From contig JAFQPI010000005.1 of the NCBI GenBank assembly GCA_017411805.1, positions 1,538 through 65,537 of the forward strand: a DNA stretch of 64,000 nucleotides. The letters are read 5' to 3'. The position numbers and the translations under genes are program-made. The notes under the pieces are model-generated. The model ran no database searches, was not told the DNA's origin, and saw only the letters and a program-made list of their open reading frames with translations. This DNA comes from Clostridia bacterium. Lineage in GTDB: Bacteria; Bacillota; Clostridia; Oscillospirales; CAG-272. Of the stretch, positions 24,701 to 33,105 are shown in pieces (positions within the stretch are counted from its first letter, which is position 1; each line of letters begins with the position of its first letter).

Positions 24701-25924
24701 CTTGAAAATGACAAAATGATCGCAAGCGTTGACGATTACGCCTTCGCTTACTCGGCTATCACCTCCATCAATCTTTCGAATGCAGAATACGTCGGTACTC
24801 ACGCCTTCATCAAGGAAGAGGTCACTCCCTTCCGCGTGACTCTCGGCGAAAAGCTCACCGATATTGGCGAGAACCCCTTCGCAATGTGCAACCTTCCCGT
24901 GTTCTCAACCATCGTCGTAACAGAATTCAACGGCAAGCAGTATGAGAACACCTCCTACGACTTCGAGCTTTCCGAGAACGTGCTCGTCATCGCCGGCTCG
25001 CTCTACCGCCGCGTACCGAACGGTCTTGAGCTCATCACCTATGCGGGCGAGGGCAAGAACGCCGTCATCGCGGATGGAACAGTACGTCTTTCGGCGATGT
25101 CCTTCGCGGGAAGCGACGTCAAGAGCGTTGAGCTGCCAAAGGAGCTGAACGCTATCGGACACAAGGCGTTCTACGGCTGTGAAAAGCTCACTCTCGTTAC
25201 CTTCAAGAGCTACGACGCCCCCATCCTCGAGGAGGAATTCGATTACAACTACTATGCAACCTTCGAGAACATCCCCGCAACGGGCGACTACGAGTTCGTT
25301 GATCAGAACGGCGGACAGCTCATCTATTCGGGCATCGAGGTCGTTCCCTACTTCATGTGGAACGCCGCTGACGCACCCTACGTCATCTACTACGGCGCAA
25401 ACTTCATCGACTACATCGGTCACGTCGAAAACAAGATCACCATGGTCTACCCCTCGAACGGTAAGAATTACGATTCCTTCATCCTCGGTCAGTACTTCGA
25501 CACCGTCATCCTCGGTGCTGCGGCTGCCGATGATATCACTCTCCACGCGATCGACCTTATCGATAAGCTTCCCGAAACGGTTTCCCTTGAGGATCGTGCA
25601 GCGGTTGAAGCAGCACGCGCGGCTTACGACGCTATCTCGACCCTCGAGCAGCGAGCTCTCGTAACCAACTACTCGAAGCTCACTGAGGCTGAGGACAGAA
25701 TCGAAAAGCTTCTCTCTCTTGAGAATCCCGAGGAAACCACTCCTCCCGCAGACGAGGAGGATCCCAAGCTCGACATAACCACCATAATCATCATTATCCT
25801 TACATCCGTCCTTGCCGCAGCGGTTATCACCATCATCATCATTGATTGTGTCCGCCTCGGAAAGAAGAAGGAAAACTCCGCAGAGGAAGGAGACAAAAAC
25901 GACGAAAATGATAAGAACGAATAA
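18710..25924 (+). CDS. giant cell-surface subtilisin-family (S8) serine protease with PA insert, Ig-like domains, BspA-type leucine-rich repeats and C-terminal membrane anchor
   Basis: 2404 aa from MKKQKKTKIL (signal peptide). Catalytic motifs VAVLDTGLD, SDHGTHVAGVIAG and SGTSMACPNVSG. PA-like GKIVLVSRGSTTFEEKA..AAGIIIYNN. Big_2-like segments. A long array of IGxxAFxxC/T LRR_5-type repeats. C-terminal TM helix plus a charged tail. Confidence 0.85.
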   Translation: MKKQKKTKILSAMLAMLLLTTMIVGVCVNSAGDAAAEAYIGLFDGKVFNDISKYFSNAVVALPDKVKDDQIISLIIECDAESLLDAYEASDKTMSISEFALSDEAAALRENISKENAKLIEKLNRAGYTYELGVNYDTVIAGFELLITARDFEDVCKTLGRKTNVIVGDVYEKTETQLVENTVNVQDTGIFNSIGCGYDGSGTVVAVLDTGLDYYHTAFSTDNFTSNTLGMTFDDVKGFIGDTVASDKQSGLTASDVYISEKVPYGFDYADGDADVFPIQSDHGTHVAGVIAGKDDVITGVAPNAQLAIMKIFSDIVDTARTSWILAALEDCVVLEVDVINMSIGTSAGFSRENDKEQITGVYDRIRALGISMVVAASNSFTSTYGSEKNGNLGLTSNPDNGTVGSPSTYKGALSVASINGAKTPYMLYGDTIIYYIEATDRVSEEKEFVADLLPDGTNEAEYEFVTIPGAGRSADYTGIDVKGKIVLVSRGSTTFEEKAIVAEQKGAAGIIIYNNVAGDIKMTVGDAKLAVCSISQDEGEMLAAAGTGTIKISKSQTSGPFMSDFSSWGPSPDLEIKPEITAHGGMILSSVPGQDYDRISGTSMACPNVSGLVAILRQYVRENFPAISDNNIEIAATVNRLLMSTADIVKNKNGLPYAVRKQGAGLANLTNAIATDAYILTYDRRDGSIMDKSKIELGDDPAKNGVYTLKFSVYNFGSSSLSYDISACVMTEGISDTKTNDGEYTVNEQGYLLENGTTVEITNVSNGTLSGTNLTVAAGATADVTVTVTISDADKEYLNRFENGMYVEGFVKLTATSGTEVSLSAPFLAFYGDWTVAPLFDIDYFETNADEIDDSIDLADKTLPDAYATRPVGSLYDDYVSFLGGYYFEQDPSSKLIAADRKYISISNVEGTVHSLEYVWGGLLRSAERIEITITNDATGEVVFSKTEYDVRKSYGDGGSIYPANIKVGFDAIDEELENNSKFTCLIKGYLDYGDGGEAKNLNNTFEFPIYVDFQAPAVTDVEFYTEYDRSEEKTRLFAKVAVYDNHYSMGAQFGYVANEGENGFVFHAFDKYITSIYSDYNSTSYVVYELTDYVQRIKENASNRNTFTVVTYDYALNTATYEISLPDEYVDMYFEEESIKLSPNETYELKPILYPGSEWSELLEYYSTNMNVARVVGNRIIAIEPGVTRIVARDPVTKKTAHLSLTVLGEGEEGYQKFDKPVTDNFVLTGFYTNKAYYQLDATERDIGSTGDEMKFVGENYFLSLFPSESVTLRYIFDAYFPDEYTVQFESSNENIVTVDEHGQITAANEGFASISVNVMRIEKVTGENGKTENVYHSTYYSKSISVEVKEPWITSGPSLSHYFGLGGTVTFPSTLAVTEIGQFAFSNFDYIPKTEDDEISEEVPETTKMWYLGDDTITKVVVPEGVEKIGRFAFANLTALQEVVLPSTLKIIDYGAFYGCTSLVTVSGIEHVKFINEAAFFGCNLSGALELTEAVALGEYAFANNKNLKNLTLSEKTKSVASYAFSGCETLKKVNIEADKIKLGLSVFSGCKALTEISVNAAVIPAGSFSDCTKLKKVTIGADVAVIGEYAFKNTSVESFTVAEGNATFKPQNGKPYLLSEDGKTILLCAPTAETLELPASVTTVGDGAFSGNPNLISVKMPGVTKLGNYAFADCEALASVEFGKLTHIGDYAFSNTVLTATPALGSVSYIGANAFRNTLITSVEIANSTEIGNNAFRGCEKLESVKIGNNVTIGSYAFALDMTDNWTYGYYRLPDNNRVYYYIYTSPLHSLTIGENVKIGRGAFHGASELTSVTLGKNAEIGDHAFYNASMLKDIDLSKVVSIGELAFSGDETYEYVDSSFSLIATDENGLYRRHYHTPLLESIDLSSAEKIGMGAFSYVTTLRSVKLGSKLTEIADAAFYKATALTDISFAGIEKIGESAFGETALKSLDLSKVKEIGESAFAYVEALESVIFADGVKIGKGAFGYTTKLTKLENDKMIASVDDYAFAYSAITSINLSNAEYVGTHAFIKEEVTPFRVTLGEKLTDIGENPFAMCNLPVFSTIVVTEFNGKQYENTSYDFELSENVLVIAGSLYRRVPNGLELITYAGEGKNAVIADGTVRLSAMSFAGSDVKSVELPKELNAIGHKAFYGCEKLTLVTFKSYDAPILEEEFDYNYYATFENIPATGDYEFVDQNGGQLIYSGIEVVPYFMWNAADAPYVIYYGANFIDYIGHVENKITMVYPSNGKNYDSFILGQYFDTVILGAAAADDITLHAIDLIDKLPETVSLEDRAAVEAARAAYDAISTLEQRALVTNYSKLTEAEDRIEKLLSLENPEETTPPADEEDPKLDITTIIIIILTSVLAAAVITIIIIDCVRLGKKKENSAEEGDKNDENDKNE

Positions 25925-27266
25925 GAAAAAGCTCACTCTCCTGCTTATTTCCGCGATAGCCCTGATCGCGATCCTTACAGGCTGCTCCCAATGGGAGCTG
26001 CCTTATGAGGATCTTGACCGAGACGGCTATACCGTGAGCGTACGCTTCGATCCCTGCGGCGGTGCCTTTGCAAACACCGAAAACGTACAGGTCGTTGACG
26101 TATTCAAGCTCGGAGATTACAAGAAGGATACATCGGGTAACTACTCGATCTCCCTCATCACCCCCGATGACAGCCGCCGCGGAGACCGCGCATTCTCGGT
26201 CTCAAAGAACGGTTGCTTCTTCGCAGGCTGGTACCGCGAATGCTCGCTGAGAACAGATGCTTCGGGCAATCCCCTCGATTGCTACGGCAACCTCACCTCC
26301 GAATCGGGTCTTGAGCAGGGCTACACCTACTCGGGCCTTTGGAACTTTGAGACCGACGCGCTTTCTGTTCCCGAGGGAAATTACAGCTCCGAGACTCCTT
26401 ACATGACCCTCTACGCGGCATGGATCCCCTATTTCAATTTTGAATTCTACGTCAAAAACGCAAGCGGCTCCTTCGAGCTCTACGATTCCGATCAGCTCGT
26501 CTCTCTCGCTATCCCCGAATGGAATATGGAAACAGGCAAGATCGATATGAAGGACTTCCCCGAGATCGACGGCAAGACCTTCCGCGGAGCATATCTCGAC
26601 CCCGAGATGACCAAGCCCATAACCGATACCCTCTCGGGCGAGATCGACTATGAGCACGGCATCAGTGCGACGGAAAAGATCGCGGTCTATACCGAATTTG
26701 CCGACGGCGAATGGTATAGGATCACAAACGCAAAGCAGTTCGCGGCAACAAAGCTTTCTGCTTGCTACTATATCGAGGCTGACCTCGACTTCACGGGCGT
26801 GAACTGGTCCGCGGCTCTTGCGGGCGGCAGCTTCACCGGAAAGATCTACGGCAACGGCCATAAATTCTCAAACATCAGCTTTATCCAGGCTGACAACTCC
26901 AAGACAAACGGCGGCCTCTTCGGCGCTGTTGCGCAGGGTGCGGTCATAAAGGATATTGCATTTGAAAACGTCACCTACACCCTCGGCGCAGGCTCGCGTA
27001 TGCAGGCTCCCGTATTCGGACTCCTCTGCGGCACGCTCTCCGAGGATGCGCTGATCGAAAAGGTATCGATCACTTCCTCCGAGTTCATCATCTCGGGCGA
27101 TATCTATCCGCAGGAATACACCCTCGGCACTCTCGTCGGAAACGGCGATAACAGAGGAATCGATTTCTCGGGAATCAAGGTATCGCTGAGCGAAGGATCC
27201 GATAGCAAGATCTCGATCAAAACAAACAGCGAAACCGGAGAGATCACTCTCACCTTTCTGAACTGA
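25908..27266 (+). CDS. lipoprotein with Listeria/Bacteroides-type repeat and GLUG-like region
   Basis: 452 aa from MIRTNKKKLTLLLISAIALIAILTGC (lipobox). Overlaps the protease gene by 17 nt. YTVSVRFDPCGG and GGLFGAVAQGAVIKDIAFENV motifs. Confidence 0.6.
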   Translation: MIRTNKKKLTLLLISAIALIAILTGCSQWELPYEDLDRDGYTVSVRFDPCGGAFANTENVQVVDVFKLGDYKKDTSGNYSISLITPDDSRRGDRAFSVSKNGCFFAGWYRECSLRTDASGNPLDCYGNLTSESGLEQGYTYSGLWNFETDALSVPEGNYSSETPYMTLYAAWIPYFNFEFYVKNASGSFELYDSDQLVSLAIPEWNMETGKIDMKDFPEIDGKTFRGAYLDPEMTKPITDTLSGEIDYEHGISATEKIAVYTEFADGEWYRITNAKQFAATKLSACYYIEADLDFTGVNWSAALAGGSFTGKIYGNGHKFSNISFIQADNSKTNGGLFGAVAQGAVIKDIAFENVTYTLGAGSRMQAPVFGLLCGTLSEDALIEKVSITSSEFIISGDIYPQEYTLGTLVGNGDNRGIDFSGIKVSLSEGSDSKISIKTNSETGEITLTFLN

Positions 27267-27307
27267 TAAAAATTTAAAAAGATAAATATTAATTGGAGGA
27301 AAACAAA

Positions 27308-29875
27308 ATGTCAAAGAGAATTGTCTCACTGATGCTTGCAGCCGTAATGCTCTTCGGCGTGCTTGCTTCAACTACCGCCTGCAAGAATAAAGCGGCGGCT
27401 CCCGACGCCCTCGTTATCATGACCGAGGACCTCGATGGACTCTTCAACCCCTTCTATTCGACCACGGGTGCCGATGCAAACATCGTTTCGATGACCCAGA
27501 TCGGTATGCTCGGCTCAAGCTATGAGAACGGCAACGTCACAGTAGCTTTCGGTAAGGATCATGCAGTAGCCGTCCTCGACTACGTTATCAACTATGATTC
27601 CGCAACCGACAAGACCACCTACACCTTCGTCCTCAAGAACGACATCGTCTTCTCGGACGGCCATCCCCTCACTATGGAAGACGTACTCTTCAACCTCTAC
27701 GTCTACCTCGATCCCGTTTACACAGGTTCTTCCACCATGTACTCGACCGATATCGTAGGACTTCAGGACTACCGTAACCAGCAGCTCGGCGCGGATTCCA
27801 ACGTTGACGACACCATCACAAGCGCAGCAAACGACCGCGCTCAGAACCGTCTCAACGAGCTCATCAACCTCTTCCGCTCGGTCGGCAAGACCCAGACCGC
27901 AGGCTCCTACAGCGCAGACTATGATAAGATGGTCGCAGCTATCAACAAGCATTCTCTCTCCTCGGGCTATATCAACGCTATCTCCAACAACGCCTCTGAG
28001 GTAACCACCAAGAATCTTCTCGAGGACTATGAGGAAGCTCTCCGCCTCTTCAAGGAAGAGCTCGGCACCGACTATATCTCCGCTAAGGAAGCTTACCTTG
28101 AGGAGCCCTATAAGTCCACAGGCGAGTTCGACGAGGTAACCTCCTTCATGTACGCTGAGGGCTACGTTACCGTTGAGTACGCAAAGGATCCCACAACAAA
28201 TAAGGATATCAAATCCAAGATTGAAAAGGTCACCCGCCTCTACAACCCCGACGTTGTAAAGGATATGAACTCCGCTATCGAATACGTTTACAACTCCAAG
28301 ATCGAGCAGGAGCTCGACATCATCCTTTCCTACTGGGCAACCGCAAACAAGCTCCGCACATCCTACGCCGCAAAGGCTAAGGAAGTCATCCTTCGCGCAA
28401 ATATGAAGGACGGAGAGCTCACCGTTCCGAACATCTCTGGTATCGTTTCCCTCGGTCACAGCACCGATACACAGACAGTTACCGCTCAGAACGGAACCTA
28501 CACAGTAGCTCACGAGCATGACGCAAACGGCAAGCCCCAGAACGCCGAGGAATACGACGTTCTCGAGATCACAATCAACGGCACAGACCCCAAGGCTATC
28601 TGGAACTTCGCGTTCTCCGTTGCTCCCCAGCACTACTACGCAGAGGGCTACACCGTTGACATTGCAAACAACAAGTTCGGCGTTGACTACGCTTCCTTCG
28701 GCTACATGACCGACGTTATCCAGTCTCCCAGAAACGTCAAGCTCCCCATGGGCGCAGGCGCATACAAGGTAACCGACAGCCAGAACAGCGACAATCCCGC
28801 CGAGAGCGATTTCTTCATGAACAACGTCGTTTACTTCAAGGCAAACAACTCCTTCATGATGGGTCAGCCCAAGATCGAGAAGGTTCGTTACCAGGTAGTT
28901 TCGGCGTCGAACGCTATCTCCGCTCTTGAATCCGGCTCTGTTCACTTCGTAACTCCTCAGTTCACTCAGGCTAACATCGACCTCATCAACGGTCTCAGCT
29001 CCAAGGGCATCGAGAAGACCTACACCGATCAGCTCGGCTACGGTTATATCGGTATCAACGCAGGCAAGGTTCCGAACATCTACGTTCGCAAGGCTATAAT
29101 GTCCGCAATGAACACATCCCTCGCCCTCTCCTACTACTCGACCGGTATGGCAGAGACCATCTACTGGCCCATGTCCACCGTTTCCTGGGCATATCCCAAG
29201 TCTCCCGACGGCTCCAACAGCCGCGATAACCTCCACGATTATCCCGCTATCTCCTTCGACCGCGAAAAGGCTAAGGAATCCGTTCTTGAATACATGGAGC
29301 TCGCAGGCGTTTCCGCAGGCGATTCGGCTCTCTCCATCAAGTTCACAATCGCAGGCTCGAACCTCACCGACCACCCCACGTATCAGACCTTCCAGTCTGC
29401 CGCTGACCTCCTCAACGAGTGCGGATGGAATATCGAGGTAGTTCCGGATACTCAGGCTCTCACCAAGCTCTCCACAGGCTCGCTCGCAGTTTGGGCAGCA
29501 GCATGGGGAACCACCGTTGACCCCGATATGTATCAGGTATACCACAAGAACTCCACAGCAACAAGCACACTCGCTTGGGGCTACCGCGAGATCCTTGCAT
29601 CCCCCGCTTCCTATCCCGAGGAGACTCAGATCCTTTCAAAGCTCAGCGACGTCATTGACGACGCGCGCGAGATCAACGATCAGGCTGAGCGTTCTGCTCT
29701 CTACAAGACAGCTATGGGATACGTTCTCGACCTCGCAGTTGAGCTTCCCGTATACCAGCGTAAGGTTCTCTACGCTTACAATGCAAAGGTCATCAGCACC
29801 TCCTCCCTTCCCGCTGAGATTAACCCCTACACCTCTCCCCTTGATAAGCTTTGGGAGATCGAATTTGCAAAGTGA
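27308..29875 (+). CDS. oversized ABC substrate-binding lipoprotein, family 5 (peptide/nickel, OppA/DppA-like)
   Basis: 855 aa from MSKRIVSLML (GGAGGA RBS at 27295-27300) with lipobox TTAC. Followed directly by OppBCDF-type genes. About 300 aa longer than typical family-5 binding proteins. Confidence 0.7.
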   Translation: MSKRIVSLMLAAVMLFGVLASTTACKNKAAAPDALVIMTEDLDGLFNPFYSTTGADANIVSMTQIGMLGSSYENGNVTVAFGKDHAVAVLDYVINYDSATDKTTYTFVLKNDIVFSDGHPLTMEDVLFNLYVYLDPVYTGSSTMYSTDIVGLQDYRNQQLGADSNVDDTITSAANDRAQNRLNELINLFRSVGKTQTAGSYSADYDKMVAAINKHSLSSGYINAISNNASEVTTKNLLEDYEEALRLFKEELGTDYISAKEAYLEEPYKSTGEFDEVTSFMYAEGYVTVEYAKDPTTNKDIKSKIEKVTRLYNPDVVKDMNSAIEYVYNSKIEQELDIILSYWATANKLRTSYAAKAKEVILRANMKDGELTVPNISGIVSLGHSTDTQTVTAQNGTYTVAHEHDANGKPQNAEEYDVLEITINGTDPKAIWNFAFSVAPQHYYAEGYTVDIANNKFGVDYASFGYMTDVIQSPRNVKLPMGAGAYKVTDSQNSDNPAESDFFMNNVVYFKANNSFMMGQPKIEKVRYQVVSASNAISALESGSVHFVTPQFTQANIDLINGLSSKGIEKTYTDQLGYGYIGINAGKVPNIYVRKAIMSAMNTSLALSYYSTGMAETIYWPMSTVSWAYPKSPDGSNSRDNLHDYPAISFDREKAKESVLEYMELAGVSAGDSALSIKFTIAGSNLTDHPTYQTFQSAADLLNECGWNIEVVPDTQALTKLSTGSLAVWAAAWGTTVDPDMYQVYHKNSTATSTLAWGYREILASPASYPEETQILSKLSDVIDDAREINDQAERSALYKTAMGYVLDLAVELPVYQRKVLYAYNAKVISTSSLPAEINPYTSPLDKLWEIEFAK

Positions 29876-29895
29876 TAATCTGACGGAAAAGAATC

Positions 29896-30891
29896 ATGTT
29901 CAAGTATATTGTTAAAAGACTCGCGCTTGCCATTCTGATCCTGCTGGGCGTATCGCTGATCATTTATATTCTGATCCGCTGCATGCCCGTCAGCTTCATT
30001 GAAGGCAAGATCGCGGAGATGAACCAGGGCGGTGCAACCATCCCCGAGGAAACGATAGAGAATATGAAAAAGCTCTACGGACTTGAGGATGACAGCTTCA
30101 TGGGCATTCTCAAAGGATATCTGAGCTGGCTTGGAAAGCTTGTTCGATTCGATTTCGGAACGAGCTTCAAGTATGGTCAGCCCGTTATCGACGTTATCGT
30201 CGATCATATGGGCGTATCCTTCGCGGTAGCCCTGATCGCCACCGTCTTTGAGTTCATGATCGCAATACCGCTCGGTATCACTGCGGCAACTCATCAGTAC
30301 TCGATCCGTGACTACGTAGTCACGATCTGTGTAATGATAGGCATTTCGCTTCCCTCCTTCTTCTTCGGACAGGTCCTCAAGGACTTTCTGGCGAATAAGC
30401 TGGGGCTCTTCCCACCGTCGGGTCTCGTTGACGCAACCGCGTCGAATACGGGTATCGCACTCCTCGGCGACTACTTCATGCATATGTTCATCCCGATACT
30501 CACCGTCGTTATCCTTTCGATCGGCGGACGAATGAGAATGACGAGAACGAATATGCTCGAGGTCCTTAATTCCGACTATATCCGCACAGCGCGCGCAAAG
30601 GGACTCAAAGAAAGCGTAGTTATCAATAAGCACGCCTTCCGCAACACTCTCATTCCCCTTGTAACCTCGCTTGCGGGACTTCTCCCCTCCCTTTTCTCGG
30701 GAGCTATCATAACCGAGCAGGTCTTTGACCTGCCCGGTATCGGTAACGTAGCGTTCAAGGCAATGATGCAGGCGGATATCCCCTTCATCATGGGATACAA
30801 TATGTTCCTCGCCCTCCTCTCGGTTATGGGCGTGCTCCTTGCCGACCTTATGTACGTTATCGTTGACCCACGCGTCAAGCTGACCAAATAA
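29896..30891 (+). CDS. peptide ABC transporter permease (OppB/DppB-like)
   Basis: 331 aa with MFKYIVKRLALAILILLGVS N-terminus and the YIRTARAKGLKE motif. Confidence 0.85.
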   Translation: MFKYIVKRLALAILILLGVSLIIYILIRCMPVSFIEGKIAEMNQGGATIPEETIENMKKLYGLEDDSFMGILKGYLSWLGKLVRFDFGTSFKYGQPVIDVIVDHMGVSFAVALIATVFEFMIAIPLGITAATHQYSIRDYVVTICVMIGISLPSFFFGQVLKDFLANKLGLFPPSGLVDATASNTGIALLGDYFMHMFIPILTVVILSIGGRMRMTRTNMLEVLNSDYIRTARAKGLKESVVINKHAFRNTLIPLVTSLAGLLPSLFSGAIITEQVFDLPGIGNVAFKAMMQADIPFIMGYNMFLALLSVMGVLLADLMYVIVDPRVKLTK

Positions 30892-30904
30892 GGAGGTAAT
30901 TATC

Positions 30905-31942
30905 ATGTCAAACGAAAATGAAAAAGTAATTACCCCCGCCGAGCAGAACGAGCCGCTTGATAAAAATATCAAGCTGATGTCCCCCGGAATGATGGTGGCA
31001 CGCCGCTTCTTCCGCTCCAAGCTTTCGATGATCGGGCTTCTTATGATCGTCGGACTCTTCCTCTTCTGCTGGCTCGGACCCGTCGTATATCCCGTATGGG
31101 GCGAAACACAGCAGGATTTCTCGGGCAAGACCGAGTATACTTACTCGCTCGTCACCTATGAAAAGGACGGTCAGACTCATTCCTTCTATCAGATCGTCGA
31201 GACCGGCAAGGAGATCAACGCCCTCGCCGCACCCTCTAAGGATCATATCCTCGGCACAGATAAGGACGGCCGCGACGTCTTCACGCGTCTGATGTACGGC
31301 GGACGTATCTCCCTCGCCGTATCCTTCATCGCCGTCTTCGCGATCAATATCCTCGGAGTTGTTCTCGGCGGTATCGCGGGATACTTCGGCGGAATCATCG
31401 ACGACGTCATCATGCGTATCTGCGATATTCTGATGTGTCTGCCCGGATTCCCGATCCTTCTGATCATCTCGACCCTCCTTGACGCGGCGAACGTCGCGGC
31501 AAACATGAGAATATATTTCCTCATGGCGTTCCTGACCCTCTTCTCATGGCCCGGAACCGCACGCCTTGTCCGCGGTCAGATCCTCTCGCTCCGCGAGCAG
31601 GAATACATGGTTGCCGCTGAGGCTATGGGATATTCGACCTCGCGCAAGATCTTCAAGCATCTTATCCCGAACGTAATGCCCCAGCTCATCGTCTCGATGA
31701 CTCTCTCCCTCGGAAGCATGATCCTCTACGAGGCATCGCTCTCCTACCTCAACATGGGCGTTCGCGCACCTTACGCCGCATGGGGAACCATGATCAACAT
31801 CGTAGCCGAGGACTCGAACATTCTCCAGAACTTCTTCAACGTCTGGGGACCTCCCGGTCTCTGCATCATCATCGCCGTTCTCGGCTTCAACTTCGTCGGA
31901 GACGGCCTGCGCGATGCGCTCGACCCCAAGCAAAGGAGATAA
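30905..31942 (+). CDS. peptide ABC transporter permease (OppC/DppC-like)
   Basis: 345 aa with EYMVAAEAMGYSTSRKIFKHLIPNV motif. AAGGAGG RBS. Confidence 0.85.
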   Translation: MSNENEKVITPAEQNEPLDKNIKLMSPGMMVARRFFRSKLSMIGLLMIVGLFLFCWLGPVVYPVWGETQQDFSGKTEYTYSLVTYEKDGQTHSFYQIVETGKEINALAAPSKDHILGTDKDGRDVFTRLMYGGRISLAVSFIAVFAINILGVVLGGIAGYFGGIIDDVIMRICDILMCLPGFPILLIISTLLDAANVAANMRIYFLMAFLTLFSWPGTARLVRGQILSLREQEYMVAAEAMGYSTSRKIFKHLIPNVMPQLIVSMTLSLGSMILYEASLSYLNMGVRAPYAAWGTMINIVAEDSNILQNFFNVWGPPGLCIIIAVLGFNFVGDGLRDALDPKQRR

Positions 31943-31947
31943 CAGAG

Positions 31948-33105
31948 ATGGCTATTAATAATATAGGAAAGAAAAAATCAAACGGACACTATCTTTCGGG
32001 CAAAGAAATACGCGCCATCGCCAAGGCAAACGCCAAGGTCATGCGCGAGCTTGAGGCGAAGAAATTCCGCAAATGCCCCGAGTCCGAATACCTGAGCGAG
32101 ATGAAGAATCCCGAGAATATCCTCGAGATTGACGGGCTCCACTCCTACTTCTTCACCGATCAGGGCGTTGTCAAGGCTGTAAACGGCGTATCCTTCGACA
32201 TTCCCGCGGGCTCGACCGTCGGCGTCGTCGGCGAATCCGGTTGCGGCAAATCGGTCACAAGTATGTCGGTCATGCGTCTTCTTCAGGGACCCACGGGTCA
32301 GATCGTTGAAGGCTCGATCCGCTTCCGCTCGAACGACGGAAAGGTCTACGATATCGCAGAAATGCCGATGTCCGAGATCCACCGCATCCGCGGCAATCAG
32401 ATCTCGATGATCTTCCAGGAGCCCATGACCTCCCTTAACCCCGTTTTCACCATCGGCGAACAGCTCGACGAGGTCACACTCATCCACATCCCCGGCGCAA
32501 CCAAGGAATCCGCCAAGGCTAAGTCGCTTGAGATGCTCGAGCTTGTCGGCATTGCGGCTCCCGACCGAGTATACAAATCCTTCCCCCACGAGCTTTCGGG
32601 CGGTATGCGTCAGAGAGTTATGATCTCTATGGCTCTCGCCTGCAACCCCAGACTCATCATCGCCGACGAGCCCACAACAGCTCTCGACGTTACCATTCAG
32701 GCGCAGATCCTCGATCTTCTCCGCGATCTTAAGACAAAGATCAACGGCTCGATCATGCTCATCACCCACGACCTCGGCGTTATCGCTGAAATGGCGGACT
32801 ACGTCGTCGTAATGTATGCGGGCAAGGTAATTGAGCGCGGAACGGCTTCCGAGATCTTCCATGATCCCCGCCACCCCTACACCATCGGTCTGCAGAAGTC
32901 GAAGCCGACCATGAATTCCGACTCCGACACCCTCTTCAATATCCCCGGAAACGTCCCCAACCCCGTTAACATGCCCTCGCATTGCTACTTTAAGGAAAGA
33001 TGCGACCGCTGCACGGCTAAATGCTCGGGCGACTATCCCGGAATGATTCAGGTCAGCCCCACACACTACGTCGCATGCCACCTCTACGGAAAGGAGGAAG
33101 AATAA
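31948..33105 (+). CDS. peptide ABC transporter ATP-binding protein (OppD/DppD-like)
   Basis: 385 aa from MAINNIGKKK. Walker A GESGCGKS, signature LSGGMRQR, Walker B IIADEPTTALD, and a C-terminal Cys-containing oligopeptide-ATPase tail. The track start at 31780 overlaps the permease. Confidence 0.85.
   Translation: MAINNIGKKKSNGHYLSGKEIRAIAKANAKVMRELEAKKFRKCPESEYLSEMKNPENILEIDGLHSYFFTDQGVVKAVNGVSFDIPAGSTVGVVGESGCGKSVTSMSVMRLLQGPTGQIVEGSIRFRSNDGKVYDIAEMPMSEIHRIRGNQISMIFQEPMTSLNPVFTIGEQLDEVTLIHIPGATKESAKAKSLEMLELVGIAAPDRVYKSFPHELSGGMRQRVMISMALACNPRLIIADEPTTALDVTIQAQILDLLRDLKTKINGSIMLITHDLGVIAEMADYVVVMYAGKVIERGTASEIFHDPRHPYTIGLQKSKPTMNSDSDTLFNIPGNVPNPVNMPSHCYFKERCDRCTAKCSGDYPGMIQVSPTHYVACHLYGKEEE

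Noticed and set aside
20066-24802. Very long antisense ORFs inside the protease gene: 20066..21454 (462 aa), 21668..22321, and 22325..24802 (825 aa, minus strand).
   Set aside because: They lie entirely opposite a 2404-aa ORF with clear S8 and LRR motifs. Their translations are low-complexity (Gly/Val/Arg/Asp-rich) with no recognisable motifs, RBS or signal. This is the typical shadow-ORF pattern opposite GC3-rich coding sequence. The same applies to 27515..29545, 9856..10875, 14372..15415, 57676..59502, 29827..31128, 31978..33081, 24905..25936 and the other overlapping track ORFs.
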